Positions 1-10,761 of a stretch of 64,000 nucleotides of DNA are shown here, in pieces (position 1 is the first letter of the stretch; each line of letters starts with the position of its first letter). The notes under the pieces were generated by a model. It was not told where the DNA came from. It worked only from the letters and a program-made list of their open reading frames with translations, and made no database searches. A program made the position numbers and the translations under genes. The stretch spans positions 189,706 to 253,705 of the forward strand of contig JAZAHK010000046.1 in NCBI GenBank assembly GCA_036231405.1, written 5' to 3'. The DNA comes from Nitrospinota bacterium (GTDB taxonomy: Bacteria; UBA8248).

Positions 1-959
1 AACGTGAGAGACTCCCTTTGAAGAGTATTAAAGCTTCTGGTTTTGTTGGTGTAAAAATAGGAAAAAAAATTCTTTCGATTTTTCAGTTGATACGTGCATT
101 TTTCGAATCCTTAGAAATCATCAAAGATTTTGATCCTCACGTTGTTTTAGGGGTGGGAGGTTATGCGAGTGTTTCCCCCATACTTGCAGCTTGGCTGAAA
201 AGAAAGCCTATTGTTCTAATAGAGCAAAATTCAGTTCCTGGTATTGCCAATAGAATTTTATCCCCTTTCGCATCAAAGATTGCATTAGGATTGCCCTTGC
301 AGAAAGATTTCTTCTCGAAGAGTAAGACCGTTAATACTGGCCTCCCTCTCAGAACTGAATTTGATTCTCGCGGTGAACGTGAAAGGTCTTTTTGGAATGG
401 ACCTTTGAAAATTTTGGTTTTTGGTGGGAGTCAAGGAGCTACTGCTATTAATGATGTTGTTGTCAGGACTTTGCCGCTCCTACATGCATTTTGTGGCCAA
501 TTACAGTTTGTTCATCAGACAGGAGAGGGTGATGTTGATTGGGTTCGTAGTGCATACGAGAAAGAGCAACTAGATGGTGATGTGAGGAGTTTTCTGTTTG
601 ATATAGTTGACAAATATCGTTGGGCTCATTTTGTAATAGCAAGATCGGGTGCTGTAACTGTTGCCGAAATTACGGCGATGGCTCTACCTGCGCTTTTAAT
701 TCCTTTTCCTGGTGCAACACATAGTCACCAAGAAGCGAACGCTAAATTTCTCTCGAACGAAGGGGCTGCAATTGCATTGAAACAAGAAGAATTAGAACCT
801 CAAGTGCTTTTTTCTATTATTTCAAAACTTATTCTAGATAGAAATATTTTGTATGAAATGTCGAGTAAAACACAAGATTTATTTATCACATGCAGTAGGA
901 TTTCTGTGGCCCAAATTTGTAGAGATTCTACTAGTGTACGAAATAGTCAGGGAATTTAA
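1..959 (+). CDS. murG: Undecaprenyldiphospho-muramoylpentapeptide beta-N-acetylglucosaminyltransferase, 5'-truncated by window edge
   Basis: GVGGYAS, EQNSVPGIAN, FGGSQGA, ARSGAVT and HQEANA motifs; frame is open from the window start; dcw context. Confidence 0.95.
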   Translation, partial: RERLPLKSIKASGFVGVKIGKKILSIFQLIRAFFESLEIIKDFDPHVVLGVGGYASVSPILAAWLKRKPIVLIEQNSVPGIANRILSPFASKIALGLPLQKDFFSKSKTVNTGLPLRTEFDSRGERERSFWNGPLKILVFGGSQGATAINDVVVRTLPLLHAFCGQLQFVHQTGEGDVDWVRSAYEKEQLDGDVRSFLFDIVDKYRWAHFVIARSGAVTVAEITAMALPALLIPFPGATHSHQEANAKFLSNEGAAIALKQEELEPQVLFSIISKLILDRNILYEMSSKTQDLFITCSRISVAQICRDSTSVRNSQGI

Positions 960-2381
960 ATGATTAACGAGCAGGAAATGAATGGTACAAAATTCCTTCG
1001 TTCCATCAAAGTTCACTTTGTTGGAATAGGAGGAACGGGCATGTGTGGTATTGCAGAATTGCTAATTAATTTAAATTATTCAGTGAGTGGTTCCGACATA
1101 TCAATCAATGATGCCATTATCCGTTTGAAAGAGTTGGGGGCTAAATTTGCGGAGGGTCATAATAAGGACAATGTGACTAGTGCAAGTGTCGTAGTTTATA
1201 GTTCTGCAATTAAACCCAATAATGTAGAGTTAGTTGAGGCAAGAAAAAGAAAAATTCCAACAATCCCAAGAGCAGAAATGCTAGGCGAACTAATGAGGAT
1301 GAAATACAGTATTGCTATTGCTGGTTCACATGGAAAAACGACAACTACATCGTTGGTAGCTTCTATATTGTATAGGGATTCACTAGATCCAACATTTGTG
1401 ATTGGAGGAAGATTAAATGCGTTTGGATCAAATGCAAGATTAGGAGAAGGAGAATTTCTTGTTGCGGAGGCCGATGAAAGTGATGGAACTTTTCTTGATT
1501 TATCCCCTACCGTTGCTCTTGTTACTAATGTCGACGAGGAACATCTTGATTTTTATGAGAATTATCAAAGTATTAAAGATGCATTTCTACAATTTGTAAA
1601 TAAGGTTCCTTTCTATGGCTTCTCAGTACTTTGTTACGATAATCTGGCCATTAGAGAAATCATCCCAAACATCGAAAAAAGGTTTTTCACTTACGGATTT
1701 GATCCCTCATCTGATTATCTTGGTAAAGATTTTCGTTATGTTGGTGAAAAAGGTTTTTTTGATGTTTATCACCTTGGAAGCAGATTAGGCGAGATTCAAG
1801 TTCCAATGCCGGGGATGCATAATGCGTCTAATGCTTTGGGTGCTGTTGCTTTAGCTATGGAAATAAATATTCCATTTGAATCCGTGAAAATTGGATTAGA
1901 GGAATTTGAAGGGATTAGTAGAAGGATGGAATTTTTAGGAGAAGTATCTGGAATTTCATTATACGATGATTACGGACACCATCCAGAAGAGATAAAAGCT
2001 ACATTGAAAGCTTTGAAAGAGTCATGTCCTGAGAGGAGGATCGTTGTTGTTTTTCAACCCCACAGGTTCTCACGAACACAGCATTTATTAAAATCTTTCG
2101 TGTCCTCATTTGATGATGCGGACTTACTTTTTGTAGCGCCGATATATTCTGCCGGTGAAGCTCCTATTAAAGGGGTAAATTCTTCTGCATTGGTTAAAGG
2201 GATTCATTCTTATGGGCAGAAATTGTGTGTTGAAATCGAAAACTTCAATGATGGGATAGAGAAGCTTTTACGCGTCCTGAGTCGTAATGATTTGTTCATA
2301 ACTTTGGGGGCAGGAGATATTTGGAAATTCGGAAAATTATTGAAAGAAAAACTTAAATACGAATTAAATGTTAAAGGATAG
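960..2381 (+). CDS. murC: UDP-N-acetylmuramate--L-alanine ligase
   Basis: HFVGIGGTGM, GSHGKTTT, EADESDG, DDYGHHPEEI and FQPHRFSRT motifs. Confidence 0.97.
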   Translation: MINEQEMNGTKFLRSIKVHFVGIGGTGMCGIAELLINLNYSVSGSDISINDAIIRLKELGAKFAEGHNKDNVTSASVVVYSSAIKPNNVELVEARKRKIPTIPRAEMLGELMRMKYSIAIAGSHGKTTTTSLVASILYRDSLDPTFVIGGRLNAFGSNARLGEGEFLVAEADESDGTFLDLSPTVALVTNVDEEHLDFYENYQSIKDAFLQFVNKVPFYGFSVLCYDNLAIREIIPNIEKRFFTYGFDPSSDYLGKDFRYVGEKGFFDVYHLGSRLGEIQVPMPGMHNASNALGAVALAMEINIPFESVKIGLEEFEGISRRMEFLGEVSGISLYDDYGHHPEEIKATLKALKESCPERRIVVVFQPHRFSRTQHLLKSFVSSFDDADLLFVAPIYSAGEAPIKGVNSSALVKGIHSYGQKLCVEIENFNDGIEKLLRVLSRNDLFITLGAGDIWKFGKLLKEKLKYELNVKG

Positions 2382-2412
2382 TTTTGATTGTCTCTTATTT
2401 GATGGAGAAGAA

Positions 2413-3357
2413 ATGAATTTGAAGTTTGAATTTTCCAAAATGCCGTTTGAGATTCTGTTTGATAAACCTCTAGCTCCATATACAACATTACAGATTGGCG
2501 GGAAGGCGGATTTTTTAGCCTTTCCAGAAAATGAAAAAGATTTATTCGATCTGTTGGAAATTTCAAATATTTTTAATTTGCCAATTACTGTTCTTGGCGG
2601 TGGTGCAAACACTCTTATATTGGATGGTGGGGTGAGAGGTTTGGTTATTAGTTTGTCAAAAAATTTTAAAGGGATAGAGATTTTATTGGAGAATAAAAAC
2701 GAAGTTCTCCTTGCAGTTGGAGCATATGAGAAAATTCCATCTTTAGTTCGATTTGGTATTAAAAATGGTTTTTGGGGTGTGGAACGTTTGATGGGAATTC
2801 CTGGGACTGTTGGTGGTGCATTGATGATGAACGCAGGGACAGCCACTCATTTCATAGATGCTTTAATTGAAAGTGTTCATTGGATTCCTTTTAGCGAGAG
2901 AAAACTGAGAACTCTCAGTCAAGAAGAAATTGAATTTTCATATAGAGCCGCAAAATTGCCTTCTCCTGGGGTAGTAGTTTCTTCGATTCTTAGATTAAAA
3001 AGAGGGAGTTCTGGCAAACTTGAGGAACTGTATAACCAAAACATAAATAGCAGAAAAAAAACTCAGCCTTGGGGAAATTCGTGTGCGGGGTCAATTTTTA
3101 AAAATCCCCATAATTATAAAGCTGGGAAATTAATAGAAGAATGTGGATTGAAAAACTTGCGTATTGGTTCAGCCATGGTTAGCGAGGTGCATGCGAATTT
3201 CTTGATTAACTGTGGCGGAGCTAAGTCATCCGATATGCTTGCACTCATAAATCAAATTCAGGTGACAGTAAAGAAACAAAAAGATATTGATTTGAGTTTG
3301 GAGCTTCGCATAATTGGAGAAGATAAAAGTACGACACGTATTAGTTCTCGTGCCTAA
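2413..3357 (+). CDS. murB: UDP-N-acetylmuramate dehydrogenase
   Basis: GIPGTVGGALMMNAG, AGSIFKNP and HANFLIN motifs; start moved to ATG 2413, which follows GGAGAAG. Confidence 0.93.
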   Translation: MNLKFEFSKMPFEILFDKPLAPYTTLQIGGKADFLAFPENEKDLFDLLEISNIFNLPITVLGGGANTLILDGGVRGLVISLSKNFKGIEILLENKNEVLLAVGAYEKIPSLVRFGIKNGFWGVERLMGIPGTVGGALMMNAGTATHFIDALIESVHWIPFSERKLRTLSQEEIEFSYRAAKLPSPGVVVSSILRLKRGSSGKLEELYNQNINSRKKTQPWGNSCAGSIFKNPHNYKAGKLIEECGLKNLRIGSAMVSEVHANFLINCGGAKSSDMLALINQIQVTVKKQKDIDLSLELRIIGEDKSTTRISSRA

Positions 3358-3377
3358 GTTTTTCGAAGGGAGATATT

Positions 3378-4166
3378 GTGTTTAGATTTGGAAACAGTGA
3401 AACTACAGTGAAAACAGGTGGCAGCGTTTTTATAAGAAAAGTTATTCATGCATTAATTTGTGTCGAATTTTTACTGATCTTGTCTCATTTTTTTCTTTTC
3501 TTGCGGACCAATCACCACTTCAGATTAAAAAGGATAGTTGTAGAAGGTTCTCACTACATAAACGCCGAAAAAATTGTAGATTCTTTGAGCTTTATACAGA
3601 ACACGAACATTTTTGATGCAAATCTGGATAGAGTTGGAAGAGCTTTAGAAGAACACCCATGGATATTCTCATCTAGTGTTAGGATAAACTACCCAGGTAC
3701 TTTGAATATTTCCGTTCAGGAAAGAGTGCCTATAGCCATTTTAAGAGGTGAGTATGAAAATGCTATAGATTCTGAGGGGTTGATCCTTGGTAAAATGCCA
3801 TCTTCAATTAAGTCGTGTTTACCTAATATACTAGGTTTCTCTGAAAAGGAAGTTGGAACTTTTATACAAAATTCAGGAATAAAAGATATCATTGAAATCC
3901 TTGGAGTTCTTAAGAAACTAAAATGGTTTAGCAATAAATGTTTGTCTATAAATAAGACAACCGATGGGTTTTATCTATTGAAATTTAGGAGGGAGGACTT
4001 CAGAGTTAAAATATCTCAAAAGGAATTAATTTCACAAATTGCACGGTTAGTTTCTGTTCTTGAATTGTTTCCAGATAGAATTCGGGTTACGGGTAACCGC
4101 CTATTTTTTGACCTTACCTTTCCTTCTCGTGTAATCATGAGACCACTTATGGAATATGGGGGATAA
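3378..4166 (+). CDS. ftsQ: Cell division protein FtsQ/DivIB (TM plus POTRA domain)
   Basis: N-terminal TM segment; POTRA-like HPWI...SVRINYPGTLNISVQERVPIA; position before ftsA. Confidence 0.85.
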   Translation: MFRFGNSETTVKTGGSVFIRKVIHALICVEFLLILSHFFLFLRTNHHFRLKRIVVEGSHYINAEKIVDSLSFIQNTNIFDANLDRVGRALEEHPWIFSSSVRINYPGTLNISVQERVPIAILRGEYENAIDSEGLILGKMPSSIKSCLPNILGFSEKEVGTFIQNSGIKDIIEILGVLKKLKWFSNKCLSINKTTDGFYLLKFRREDFRVKISQKELISQIARLVSVLELFPDRIRVTGNRLFFDLTFPSRVIMRPLMEYGG

Positions 4167-4170
4167 GGGG

Positions 4171-5415
4171 ATGAGTAAGAGTAATGAAATGTTTGTTGGA
4201 TTGGATATAGGGACTTCAAAGATTTGTGCAGTTGTAGCTGAATTTAACGATGAAGGAACTTTGGAAATAGTTGGGCTTGGGAAGCATCCTTCGAAGGGAT
4301 TGAATAGAGGTTCGGTTGTAAATATTGACCAAACTGTTGAATCCATATGCGCTGCTGTTGAGGAAGCAGAATTTATTAGTGGCATTCAAATTAAACATGC
4401 TAATGTTGGGATCTCCGGCCCTCACATTAAAAGTCTAGACACAAATGGAATAGTTGCAATCAAAAATAAAATAGTTTCTAAGGAAGATGTTCAGAGAGTG
4501 GTCGAACAAGCAAGAGCGATCACTATGCCTACTGATCATCAAATCATACATGTTCTTCCTCAAGAATATGTTGTAGATGAACAGGAGGGAATCACAGAAC
4601 CAGTTGGTATGGCGGGTGTTCGTTTAGAATGTAAGGTTCACATTGTGACAGGCTCGGTCCCTTCTATTCAAAATATAATTAGGAGCGTTGAGAGGACAGG
4701 GTTAATGGTAGAGCGACTTGTTTTGCAACCACTAGCATCTTCTCTAGCAGCACTTAGTGATGACGAGAGAGACCTTGGAGTTGCCGTGGTTGATATAGGA
4801 AGTGGCACCTCAGATGTCGCAGTTATAAGTTCTGGTGTGATGAGATATGCGCAGGTTGTTCCGATTGGGGGGAGTCATATTACCCGTGATATTGCAATAG
4901 GACTAAGAACTCCGGATTATCAGGCAGAGAGAATAAAAAAAGAGCATGGCTACGCACTCGCCTCGCGTTTGACAGGTCAGCAAAATATTGAAGTTCCAAG
5001 TGTTGGAGGAAGGGAACCTAGAATTCTGAGCCGTCAAATACTTGCAGAAATCATTCAACCACGTTTAGAAGAAATCTTAACACTAATTAGAAGAGCTATA
5101 CAAAAAAGTGGAATGGAAGACCTTCTTCCTGCTGGAGTTGTCCTAACGGGGGGAGCGAGTATTTTAGACGGTATAGAGGATTTAGCAGAGAGTGTTCTTC
5201 AACTACCGGTTAGAAGAGGTTCTCCAAGTGGGATAGGAGGACTCGTTGATATGGTTAACCAGCCATTATATTCGACAGCTGTTGGTTTGGTTATTTATGC
5301 CGCAGAAAATGGAATAAAAGAACAGAAAAATTGGTTTTCGACCGGTTTTATGAACGGGAAGAGCGAAAGTTTTACATTAAAAATAAAGGATGCTTTAAAT
5401 AGTATCTTTAAGTAA
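4171..5415 (+). CDS. ftsA: Cell division protein FtsA
   Basis: VGLDIGTSKIC, VVDIGSGT and VVLTGGAS motifs; likely start ATG 4171. Confidence 0.97.
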   Translation: MSKSNEMFVGLDIGTSKICAVVAEFNDEGTLEIVGLGKHPSKGLNRGSVVNIDQTVESICAAVEEAEFISGIQIKHANVGISGPHIKSLDTNGIVAIKNKIVSKEDVQRVVEQARAITMPTDHQIIHVLPQEYVVDEQEGITEPVGMAGVRLECKVHIVTGSVPSIQNIIRSVERTGLMVERLVLQPLASSLAALSDDERDLGVAVVDIGSGTSDVAVISSGVMRYAQVVPIGGSHITRDIAIGLRTPDYQAERIKKEHGYALASRLTGQQNIEVPSVGGREPRILSRQILAEIIQPRLEEILTLIRRAIQKSGMEDLLPAGVVLTGGASILDGIEDLAESVLQLPVRRGSPSGIGGLVDMVNQPLYSTAVGLVIYAAENGIKEQKNWFSTGFMNGKSESFTLKIKDALNSIFK

Positions 5416-5458
5416 TTTGAAAAAGTTTCCCAACGTCCAAGGCAAAAGGGAGTGAGTA

Positions 5459-6604
5459 ATGAGTAATTTTTTTGAACTTGATGAAGAAGTATCGTGTCGC
5501 GCTAGAATTGCCGTAATCGGTGTGGGAGGAGGAGGAGGAAATGCGGTCAATACCATGATTTCCTCTGGAATGGAAGGAGTGGAATTTGCAGTTGCAAATA
5601 CAGACGCCCAGGTGTTGGAGCATTCATTAGCAAAAGAAAAGTTGCAAATAGGTACAGAAGTAACGAAAGGGTTAGGGGCAGGGGGAAACCCCGATATTGG
5701 ACGAAAAGCAGCCATGGAAGATACGGAAAGGCTGACTGGTCTGATGAGAGATTTAGATATGGTCTTTGTCACTGCTGGAATGGGTGGAGGAACTGGTACG
5801 GGTGCAACTCCGGTAATTGCTAGAATAGCAAAAGAGGCTGGGATCCTGACAGTTGGGGTCGTTACAAGACCTTTTGATTTTGAGGGCCCAAAGAGGCAAT
5901 CGCAGGCTGAGGCAGGTATTGCTGAATTGAGAGATTCAGTCAATACATTAATCACTATTCCTAATCAGCGTCTTCTTGGAATGGTCGACAAATCAACTCC
6001 GATGCTTGACGCGTTCGAAAAAGCGAATGATATCTTATTGCAGGCATGTAAAGGAATAGCTGACCTTATAACTACTCCTGGACTCATAAATCTGGATTTT
6101 GCAGATGTTAGAACCATTATGAGGGATATGGGAGGGATGGCTTTAATGGGTAGTGGAGTTAGTGCTGGTGAAAATCGTGCGATTAATGCAGCGCAGAAGG
6201 CGATTAGTAGTCCACTATTAGAAGAAGCCACTATACAAGGTGCTAGAGGAGTTCTTATTAATATTTCTGGAGGAGACACACTTGCCCTGCACGAAGTTAA
6301 TGAGGCCTGTACCCTTATCTATGAGACTGCCCATGAAGATGCAAATGTTATTTTTGGGTCAGTTATTGATTCTTCAATTGGGGACTCTGTAAGGGTTACT
6401 GTGATAGCTACTGGTTTTCATGATGCTGCATCTCCAGAAGTTTCAATTGTTGAAGAATCTACCGTTGAAGCAACAGGTACCGATGGTGCAGATATTTCTG
6501 TTCCCGCCTATGTAAGAATGAAAAACAATCAGTCAAACTTAGGTTTTCAGTTTGAAGAGGATGATCTGGATGTTCCTACTTTCTTAAGGAGACAAGCAGA
6601 CTAA
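5459..6604 (+). CDS. ftsZ: Cell division protein FtsZ
   Basis: GMGGGTGTG tubulin signature, INLDFADV and C-terminal [11 protein letters not shown]. Confidence 0.99.
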   Translation: MSNFFELDEEVSCRARIAVIGVGGGGGNAVNTMISSGMEGVEFAVANTDAQVLEHSLAKEKLQIGTEVTKGLGAGGNPDIGRKAAMEDTERLTGLMRDLDMVFVTAGMGGGTGTGATPVIARIAKEAGILTVGVVTRPFDFEGPKRQSQAEAGIAELRDSVNTLITIPNQRLLGMVDKSTPMLDAFEKANDILLQACKGIADLITTPGLINLDFADVRTIMRDMGGMALMGSGVSAGENRAINAAQKAISSPLLEEATIQGARGVLINISGGDTLALHEVNEACTLIYETAHEDANVIFGSVIDSSIGDSVRVTVIATGFHDAASPEVSIVEESTVEATGTDGADISVPAYVRMKNNQSNLGFQFEEDDLDVPTFLRRQAD

Positions 6605-6640
6605 TATTATTGTCATTGCTTTTTTTAGAGAGTTTAGAAT

Positions 6641-7435
6641 TTGAATGAACTACAGGAGTATAATATTGGGGGTTTGAGTTTTTTCACTTCTCCTTTGTTG
6701 GACGCTTTGGATTTTGTTGTTCATGCTTTTGGAACAAGAGATTCCTACACATTAAGAAATGGAGAAGAACCGTTTGAAGCAAGTATGCAATATCCTAATT
6801 TATTGGGCATGTTGTTTAAACATGAAAAGTTAACTTCTGCCCTTGTTGAGAGATATCGTAACGGTTTTGTTCAATTAAAACAAATTCATAGTTCGAAAGT
6901 CCTTAGTACTCAAGAAATAAAAAATAACAGCCCTAATTTAGCAGATGCAATTGTAACAAATGAGCCTGGTTTTATTCTTTCAATTGAAACTGCAGATTGC
7001 TTACCTGTACTTATAGTAGATAAAGTTTTGAAGACTGTTGCTGCAGTCCATGCGGGTAGGCAGGGAATTTTGAAAGGGATAATAAAAGAAACTATAAACA
7101 AATTAAGATTTGATTACGGTAGCAAACCATGTGATCTTATGGTGGCTATTGGTCCTGGTATTTGTGGAAATTCTTACGAAGTTGACTATGACTGTATAGT
7201 TCCTTTCAATGAATCTGTCCCAGAATCAGAGAATGCATTCTTTGAACAAGAAAATGGAAAATGGCTTTTAGATTTACCTAAAATCGTTGTAAAGCAGTTG
7301 TTGAGTGCTGGAGTATATAAAGAAAGAATAGGAAATCCTGGTCCGTGCACGCTAGCAAATTCAAAAAAATTTTTTTCTTATAGAAGAGAAGGTAAGGGAG
7401 TAGGCAGACAAACTTCCACGATTCTATTAGTTTGA
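6641..7435 (+). CDS. pgeF: YfiH/PgeF-family purine nucleoside phosphorylase / peptidoglycan editing factor
   Basis: QIHS, TADCLPV, HAGRQG, IGPGI and FFSYRR motifs; typical position after ftsZ. Confidence 0.9.
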   Translation: MNELQEYNIGGLSFFTSPLLDALDFVVHAFGTRDSYTLRNGEEPFEASMQYPNLLGMLFKHEKLTSALVERYRNGFVQLKQIHSSKVLSTQEIKNNSPNLADAIVTNEPGFILSIETADCLPVLIVDKVLKTVAAVHAGRQGILKGIIKETINKLRFDYGSKPCDLMVAIGPGICGNSYEVDYDCIVPFNESVPESENAFFEQENGKWLLDLPKIVVKQLLSAGVYKERIGNPGPCTLANSKKFFSYRREGKGVGRQTSTILLV

Positions 7436-7457
7436 AAAGGATACTTTTCTGAAAATC

Positions 7458-8162
7458 ATGAAAAAATTGCAGATTTCTCAATATTTCAAAAGTGTTAAAA
7501 ATAGAATTAAAACTTCTGCAGAGAGAGTGAATCGCTCTTTAGAAGAAGTTACATTGGTATCTGTTACAAAGAGACAGAGTGTGGAAAAAATTGAAGAAGT
7601 TTTTCATGCAGGTGCATTGATTATTGGGGAAAATCGTGTTCAAGAGGCAAGTGAGAAACGTTTGCAAATGGACTCCAATATTGCCAATGGACTAGAGTGG
7701 CGTTTAATTGGGAAACTTCAAAAAAATAAGGTGAAAATTGTCCCAAGATTATTTGATCTTGTAGAGTCGGTAGATTCTCTTTCTTTAGCAGAAGAGATAG
7801 CTCGGCATGTAGAAAAAACATCTAAGCAACCATTTAATATTTACATACAAGTCAACACTGGTGAAGAAACCCAAAAAAATGGAGTTTTTTGTAAAGATGC
7901 TATAGAATTAATCAAGTCTGTTTGTTCCATCTCATCTATTTGTGTTAGAGGTCTAATGTGTATTCCCCCTCTTTCGAAAGATCCTGAAAATAGCAGAATT
8001 CATTTTCAAAAACTTCGTTTCTTAAGAGATGAAGTTCAAGGGTTAGGTATGGAAAGTGTCACCGATTTGTCCATGGGAATGTCAAACGATTTTGAAGTAG
8101 CTATCGAGGAAGGAGCAACACATGTTAGAGTTGGAACAGCAATTTTTGGGGAGAGAACGTAA
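7458..8162 (+). CDS. yggS: PLP homeostasis protein, YggS family
   Basis: VSVTK, GENRVQE, LQKNK and LSMGMSNDFEVAIEEGATHVRVGTAIFG motifs. Confidence 0.95.
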   Translation: MKKLQISQYFKSVKNRIKTSAERVNRSLEEVTLVSVTKRQSVEKIEEVFHAGALIIGENRVQEASEKRLQMDSNIANGLEWRLIGKLQKNKVKIVPRLFDLVESVDSLSLAEEIARHVEKTSKQPFNIYIQVNTGEETQKNGVFCKDAIELIKSVCSISSICVRGLMCIPPLSKDPENSRIHFQKLRFLRDEVQGLGMESVTDLSMGMSNDFEVAIEEGATHVRVGTAIFGERT

Positions 8163-8200
8163 ATTTCATCTTTGTAACTGATCTTGAATGAGCATATAAA

Positions 8201-9013
8201 ATGACGAACCATAAAATCACAGTGGTGGGTGGCGGTAGGATGGGCGAAGCCCTTTGTCTTGGCATCGTGAAAACAGGATTTGCAAAACTTGAGAATATCA
8301 ATGTGATTGAACCTTTACTAGAAAGAACTGATTTTCTAAGAAAACAGCATTCTCTTTCTGTTTATTCCGAATATGACGATTTTATCTCAGATTCAAATAT
8401 TTTATTGATCGCGGTAAAACCCCAAATTATTGATCAGGTTTTGGTTTCTCTTAAAGATTATTATAACGAGGAACAAATCATTATTTCGATTGCTGCAGGA
8501 ATACCTATTTCAAGATTCTTAGAAAATTTTGGTCTGACTGCCAAGATTGTTAGGGTTATGCCCAACACTCCATGTTTGATTGGTTCTGGTGCTTCAGCCA
8601 TGTGTTCTTCAAAACAAGTTAATGAACAAGATATGTCCCTGGCTTTAGAACTATTTCGTTCTGTGGGTACAGTTGAAGAAGTACCTGAGAGTTTAATGGA
8701 CGCAGTTACAGGCCTTTCAGGAAGTGGTCCTGCCTATGTTTTTCAGTTTATTGAGGCACTTTCTGATGCGGGGGTAAGGGTTGGATTAACTAGAGATCAA
8801 GCACTAAGATTGGCTGCTCAAACTGTTTATGGATCGTCAAAACTTCTTCTTAAAACTGGCGAACAACCTGAGAAACTTAAAGATATGGTCACATCGCCAG
8901 GTGGCACGACGGTTGCGGGATTGCGTGCTCTTGAAAAAGGAGATATTTGTTCGTCTGTAATAGATGCTGTTATTGCTGCAACAAATAGGAGCAAGGAACT
9001 AGGAAAAAAATAA
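8201..9013 (+). CDS. proC: Pyrroline-5-carboxylate reductase
   Basis: AVKPQ, RVMPNTP, TGLSGSGPAY and VTSPGGTT motifs. Confidence 0.97.
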   Translation: MTNHKITVVGGGRMGEALCLGIVKTGFAKLENINVIEPLLERTDFLRKQHSLSVYSEYDDFISDSNILLIAVKPQIIDQVLVSLKDYYNEEQIIISIAAGIPISRFLENFGLTAKIVRVMPNTPCLIGSGASAMCSSKQVNEQDMSLALELFRSVGTVEEVPESLMDAVTGLSGSGPAYVFQFIEALSDAGVRVGLTRDQALRLAAQTVYGSSKLLLKTGEQPEKLKDMVTSPGGTTVAGLRALEKGDICSSVIDAVIAATNRSKELGKK

Positions 9014-9077
9014 TCTTTCGTATAATTGGAGGGGTAATTTCCTGTTTATTTTTTTTAATCTCATCAATGCTATTGCT

Positions 9078-9338
9078 GTGATTGTTGGGTATGTTCTTTG
9101 GATATACGTACTTATTTTGGTTGCTCGAGTTATCATTTCTTGGGTAGACGCGGATCCGTATAATCCGTTTGTGCAATTTTTGTTTCGTGCCACAGAGCCA
9201 ATTTTAGCTCCGATACGATATAGAATCCCAGATCTTGGAGGTTTTGATTTAAGTCCCATAGTCGTTTACTTGATTATTCTTTTTTTGCAGGAATTCCTTG
9301 TGAAGAGTCTTTATCAACTTGCTACAATTTTCAGATAA
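9078..9338 (+). CDS. yggT: YggT/YlmG family membrane protein (true start may lie slightly upstream)
   Basis: ISWVDADPYNPFVQFL...TEPILAPIR...DLSPI pattern; follows proC. Confidence 0.88.
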   Translation: MIVGYVLWIYVLILVARVIISWVDADPYNPFVQFLFRATEPILAPIRYRIPDLGGFDLSPIVVYLIILFLQEFLVKSLYQLATIFR

Positions 9339-9380
9339 TTATCAATTAATGTTCCGTACAATTCATTTTATGGGGATATT

Positions 9381-10418
9381 TTGGAGATAGAAGGGAATTT
9401 TAGGACTATTTCTTTTGATGGAGAGGAACTTGAGCTTCTCGACCAGAGAAAGCTTCCGAATGAAGAAGTATACGTTAGATGTAAGGATGAATTTGACGTC
9501 GCTAATGCAATTCAATCAATGATTGTAAGAGGTGCACCTGCGATTGGAGTAACTGCGGCTTACGGCATGGCTCTTTCCGCGAAAAGAAATGTGGGTATGA
9601 GTGTGGATAGACAACTCGTATCTCTTAGGGAAGCAGCCGTAATTCTAGGTGAAACACGTCCTACCGCTATAAATCTTTACTGGGCAATCCGAAGAACACT
9701 TGACCTCATAAAGAGTGAGAACTCTACAGAGATAATAATGAGGAAGCTTTTGGATTTTGCGGCTTCGCTACATCTTGAAGATATTGAAATATGTAAAAAA
9801 ATAGGAGATCTTGGTTCTACTCTTTTACCGGATGATGCGCATGTTTTGACCCATTGTAATGCTGGTGCACTAGCGACAGCGGGTTACGGGACAGCTGGTG
9901 GGGTTATAAGAAGTGGATTCAGGGATAAACGTGTAAAGGATGTATATGTTGATGAGACAAGACCTTTCCTGCAGGGGGCGAGGTTGACAGCTTGGGAATT
10001 AAATCGAGATGGTATCCCGGTGATACTTATTTCGGACAATATGGCAGGGTATTGTATGAAACTTGGGAAAATTAATGTCATAGTGGTGGGGGCAGATAGA
10101 ATTGCCGCAAATGGAGATGTGGCGAATAAAATTGGAACCTATTCTCTTGCAATTTTGGCTAAGAAACACAATATCCCTTTCTTTGTTGCAGCTCCGACAA
10201 GTACCATTGATATGGATACTGAGTCGGGAGAACAAATACCAATAGAAGAGAGAGCAGCAGAAGAGATCAAAACATTTGCAGGAAAGAAAATCACTCCAGA
10301 TGAAGTTAAGGTTTTCAACCCAGCTTTTGACGTAACTCCCTCTGAACTAGTAGATGCGCTGATTACAGAGAAAGGGGTCGTCTTTTTGTCATCCGGAGAG
10401 AAAATCGATTCTTTGTGA
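9381..10418 (+). CDS. mtnA: S-methyl-5-thioribose-1-phosphate isomerase
   Basis: MIVRGAPAIG, RPTAINL, THCNAGALAT, ETRPFLQGARLT and NKIGTY motifs. Confidence 0.96.
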   Translation: MEIEGNFRTISFDGEELELLDQRKLPNEEVYVRCKDEFDVANAIQSMIVRGAPAIGVTAAYGMALSAKRNVGMSVDRQLVSLREAAVILGETRPTAINLYWAIRRTLDLIKSENSTEIIMRKLLDFAASLHLEDIEICKKIGDLGSTLLPDDAHVLTHCNAGALATAGYGTAGGVIRSGFRDKRVKDVYVDETRPFLQGARLTAWELNRDGIPVILISDNMAGYCMKLGKINVIVVGADRIAANGDVANKIGTYSLAILAKKHNIPFFVAAPTSTIDMDTESGEQIPIEERAAEEIKTFAGKKITPDEVKVFNPAFDVTPSELVDALITEKGVVFLSSGEKIDSL

Positions 10419-10468
10419 TGTTACTGAGGATTATTGTTTTTTTGAAATTTGCGTGTTACTTTTTGTAT

Positions 10469-10497
10469 TTGACTTCAAAAGGTTCTCAGGATATAAG
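10469..10497 (+). promoter_or_regulatory. Sigma70-type promoter for tRNA-Asp
   Basis: TTGACT-17 bp-TATAAG, 20 bp upstream of the tRNA. Confidence 0.6.
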
Positions 10498-10517
10498 TCC
10501 GTTTTTGAATTTAATGG

Positions 10518-10594
10518 GGGGCTGTAGCGAAGCTGGTTATCGCGCTGGCCTGTCAAGCCAGAGATCGCGGGTTCGAGTCCCGTCAGCCCCGCCA
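10518..10594 (+). tRNA. tRNA-Asp(GTC)
   Basis: Acceptor stem GGGGCTG/CAGCCCC, anticodon arm CTGGC-CTGTCAA-GCCAG, GGTTCGAGTCC T-arm, G73 and encoded CCA. Confidence 0.97.
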
Positions 10595-10761
10595 TTTTCT
10601 ATGTTCTTTGTAATTTTCAAAAAACAACTCCTTCCATTTTTTCGCTTTTTCTGATAGCATCACAAAATAATTCAAAAAATTTGTTTTTTTCGTAGCTTGT
10701 CATTTTTTTATCCCCATAGGGGGGAGTGTAGTTTTAATTTCTAACAGGAGGAAGAATTAAA

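Noticed and set aside
10415-10654. 79-aa ORF (and the 61033-61332 minus-strand ORF)
   Set aside because: Shadow ORFs overlapping tRNA genes.
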